Position numbers and translations under genes: made by a program. 64,000 bases of DNA from the human T2T-CHM13v2.0 reference genome, Homo sapiens. The notes below the pieces were generated by a model. It saw only the letters and a program-made list of their open reading frames with translations. It ran no database searches and was not told where the DNA came from. Below, piece after piece: positions 61,201-64,000 of the stretch (the first letter of the stretch is position 1; each line of letters starts with the position of its first letter). Location: the NCBI RefSeq assembly GCF_009914755.1, contig NC_060937.1. The stretch is one strand, 5' to 3'.

Positions 61201-64000
61201 CTCATTAACTGTGAGGATCATAGCCTTTTGAGCAACAAGCTCAGAATCACTGACAAACTCTTGTTAGATTCTACTTTAGACTTTGCTTTTACTTAGCACC
61301 CTTGTGCCAGATGGGAAGTTTACAGGTGTATTTTTATAGCTGTACTTAAAATTCTGCATACAAGCCAATTTTCTAATTTGCTGTTTTAAACTGAAATGTT
61401 TATAGGGTATATAAAATAATTATAAGTAATTATTTCAACATTCATTGGAACAAATATGTCAATATTAAGTGATAATCAATTAAAAAAGCACACATTTTAT
61501 TATTTTTTTAAAATAAGGGTGGCACATTATTCAAACTGAGGATACCAGTAACTAATGACAGAAACACTCATTCACTTCATAAACCTAGAGTATTTATCAT
61601 TTCTATCAAAATGTGAAGCAGAAAGTATTTATAGTATAGAGGCTAGGTCCAAACGGAACCCATGCTCAGTTTGTAGGTGAAAAACAATCCTAACAGAATG
61701 AGTACTAAAAGTGAAACTAAGAATTTTTAAGCACTAATTGAAAACTTCATCACCGTTTTGTATAGATTCTTCATAAAATAAAATCACTTTATTCTAATCT
61801 CTGAAATCATAAAAGGCACACTATATGCTCGGGTCATTGAGTACATTTTATTTTTTTATGAAATGTGACCCATGGACAAAAGTATCCAACATCTTAAGTG
61901 ATTAACATATTAAGCCTGTTTATCTTGAATATTTCCACTGTCTCAGCAACTCTGACTTTGCACTTTGATGCAGTAACTTCCTGTTTTATTTCTCTTTACA
62001 TGGCATTTACAGATGAAAATGAACTATTAATCACTCTGAGCACTTTCTTACATAGTCTTTGCAACGAACTCACTTTGAATTTATACAACATCACTTTTTA
62101 AATGCAAATAAAGCTTTCCAGTTTCCTAAAATGTCTTTCCCTCAATGGAAGGGATTAAAAGTTGGTATTCTCAGAGCTGCACACTCATGACAAGCTGATT
62201 ACCAGTCTGTCCTTGCAGCAGTCACAGCCTGTAACAAGTAAGAGTTTGTAAATTCTAGCCACTCATTTTCCCATTTCACTGTCCATAGGAGCTAGTGAAA
62301 AATGGAACTCTTCAATTCTACCCTTTTATGTCACTTCAAATAATAGCCAAATTCATTTCCCCCCACAGAATATAATTGAGATACAGGCAATGATTCCAAG
62401 AAACACTGAACATTTTGTACAAGAGTCAAATCAGTTTCTCATTCTGTACTCCCACCAAATAAAAGCCTTTATGATTTTGTTACTTGCATGGGAAATGTTC
62501 ACAGAGCACTGCCAAGTACAAGTGTACTCTCTTGTGTCCCGGTGGTTCTCTGTCACGATCTTTCCATTTACTGTGGTGTTACCATGACATTTTGATTCAT
62601 TATACTTTGTTCAAGGACGCATAAACTGAAAGGCAAAATAAATCAAAAACATATACTTTTTTTCTCAAAGATGGTTATAATATGTACACAAAGGTAAAAT
62701 ACATGTAAAATCAGAGCTTCTAAAAACAAATAAAAAATAAAATCAGTGCCCTCATTATTGGTATTTTAATTATTGAAGATGTTTGATTTGTTCTCCATCT
62801 AAATAGAATATACCCCTTTCACCTAACACTTGAGGGCCTTAGTAGAGTTTTGGAGTTGAGTATGGCATTTCAATTAAAATATATCTGAAAGACAGATATT
62901 TATAAAAAGTACAGATACCAAGAGATGATTTTGCCAAACATGTTCCTTCATTTTTAATTTTAGTATTGCCTTTAAAGTTTTACATTGGCATAAAGAATAT
63001 TATTCCTACTCCTTGGAGAAAAACAATTAAGAAGAAGGAGTTCTGGAGACATGGAAAATGTACTGGTTGTGTATCATTTAGGATCCTGAAATAGCATATA
63101 AGCAGAAAGCTACCCACAAGTCAGATTTCACTAAAGAAAACACTCGGGATATATTACTATATTCTCTTGGGTCTATAAAGAGACTCCTACAATTAACACT
63201 TAACAAAACTAATTTATTGAGAGAACTGAATCTCTCCAGGAAACATTTGGCCATTAACAGATTACACTGACTCTGATATGTTTTAGGAAAGATGAATATA
63301 GTCCAGGAATAGCAACATGAGCATTGGCTAAACCTACTGGGAGCAGGTCTTGAGATTTTTCACAGAAATAGGTGTTATAATTCACAGTTAAGTATCTGAA
63401 GATTAAAAGGATACATAAATTCTTAGAATATCTGACACACACAAAAATTACTTAATTAGAAATTACATTAATTTGTATCGTAGTTGCATAAATTCTTAAA
63501 AACTAAAATGGAGAGAAATTAACTATCTTTAAAAGAAAAATTATCCAATACATATCCTATTTAGTTCTTACAGTCATGATTCATTTTTTTAATTTAGGAT
63601 TTAAAATCTCATGAAATAACTTTAGATAAACTTAAGGGGAATTTGACCTAATTATATCTGATTAAGAATCTCTTCTACCAATGTTACTTAAAGTAACTCA
63701 TATAATCAGGTACTTTAAACTCTGGTAAAAGAAAGCCAGATTGTTTTAGAAGTTGTTACTTCTTTTTGTTAATATGAATCTGTGTCACTGACTTAAAGCT
63801 AATTAGCTTCTCTGGACTTATATATCCACTCAATTTTCTGCTAAAAAATTTATAGCTTTAAATAATTGGTATAAGCTTATAAGGTGATCCCCAAATCTTC
63901 TTTTCTCACTCTAAATATCAATGATCCTTCCCACCGCACACTGATTTGTTGTTTAATAATTCTATTCAACTTTCCTTATATTTCTCTAGATTGTAAATTT

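Overview
AT-rich, CpG-poor primate genomic DNA (AluY/AluS/AluJ, L1PA/L1PB/L1MA, THE1, MSTA and MER11 indicate a catarrhine, most likely human or great ape). It looks like gene desert or deep intron. I can support no host protein-coding gene, RNA gene, CpG island or CRISPR array. The ORFs in the six-frame track that I can assign are decayed retroelement fragments (ERVL-type protease/RNase H/integrase, THE1 internal, L1 ORF1/ORF2, Alu read-through) or low-complexity artefacts, and the rest look like chance ORFs. Main structures: (1) an old ERVL-type provirus remnant (1-5400) interrupted by an MLT1 LTR and a two-LTR THE1 element with an exact 5-bp TSD; (2) a 5'-inverted (twin-primed) L1PA at 20.6-23.6 kb with a 17-bp TSD; (3) a near full-length L1MA at 33.7-43.1 kb carrying six nested insertions, including a MER11 solo LTR with an exact 6-bp TSD; (4) two duplications of apparently unique sequence (17.5-18.0 kb tandem; 50.3/53.3 kb dispersed). 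The most interesting signals are three independent patches where nearby direct repeats are much more alike than their flanks (probable non-allelic gene conversion), two template-switch-like micro-inversions, and a possible L1-retrocopied polyadenylated MER4 LTR transcript. I do not see convincing evidence of a new biological system. Subfamily names come from recalled consensus sequences and all mismatch counts were made by eye; both need computational confirmation.
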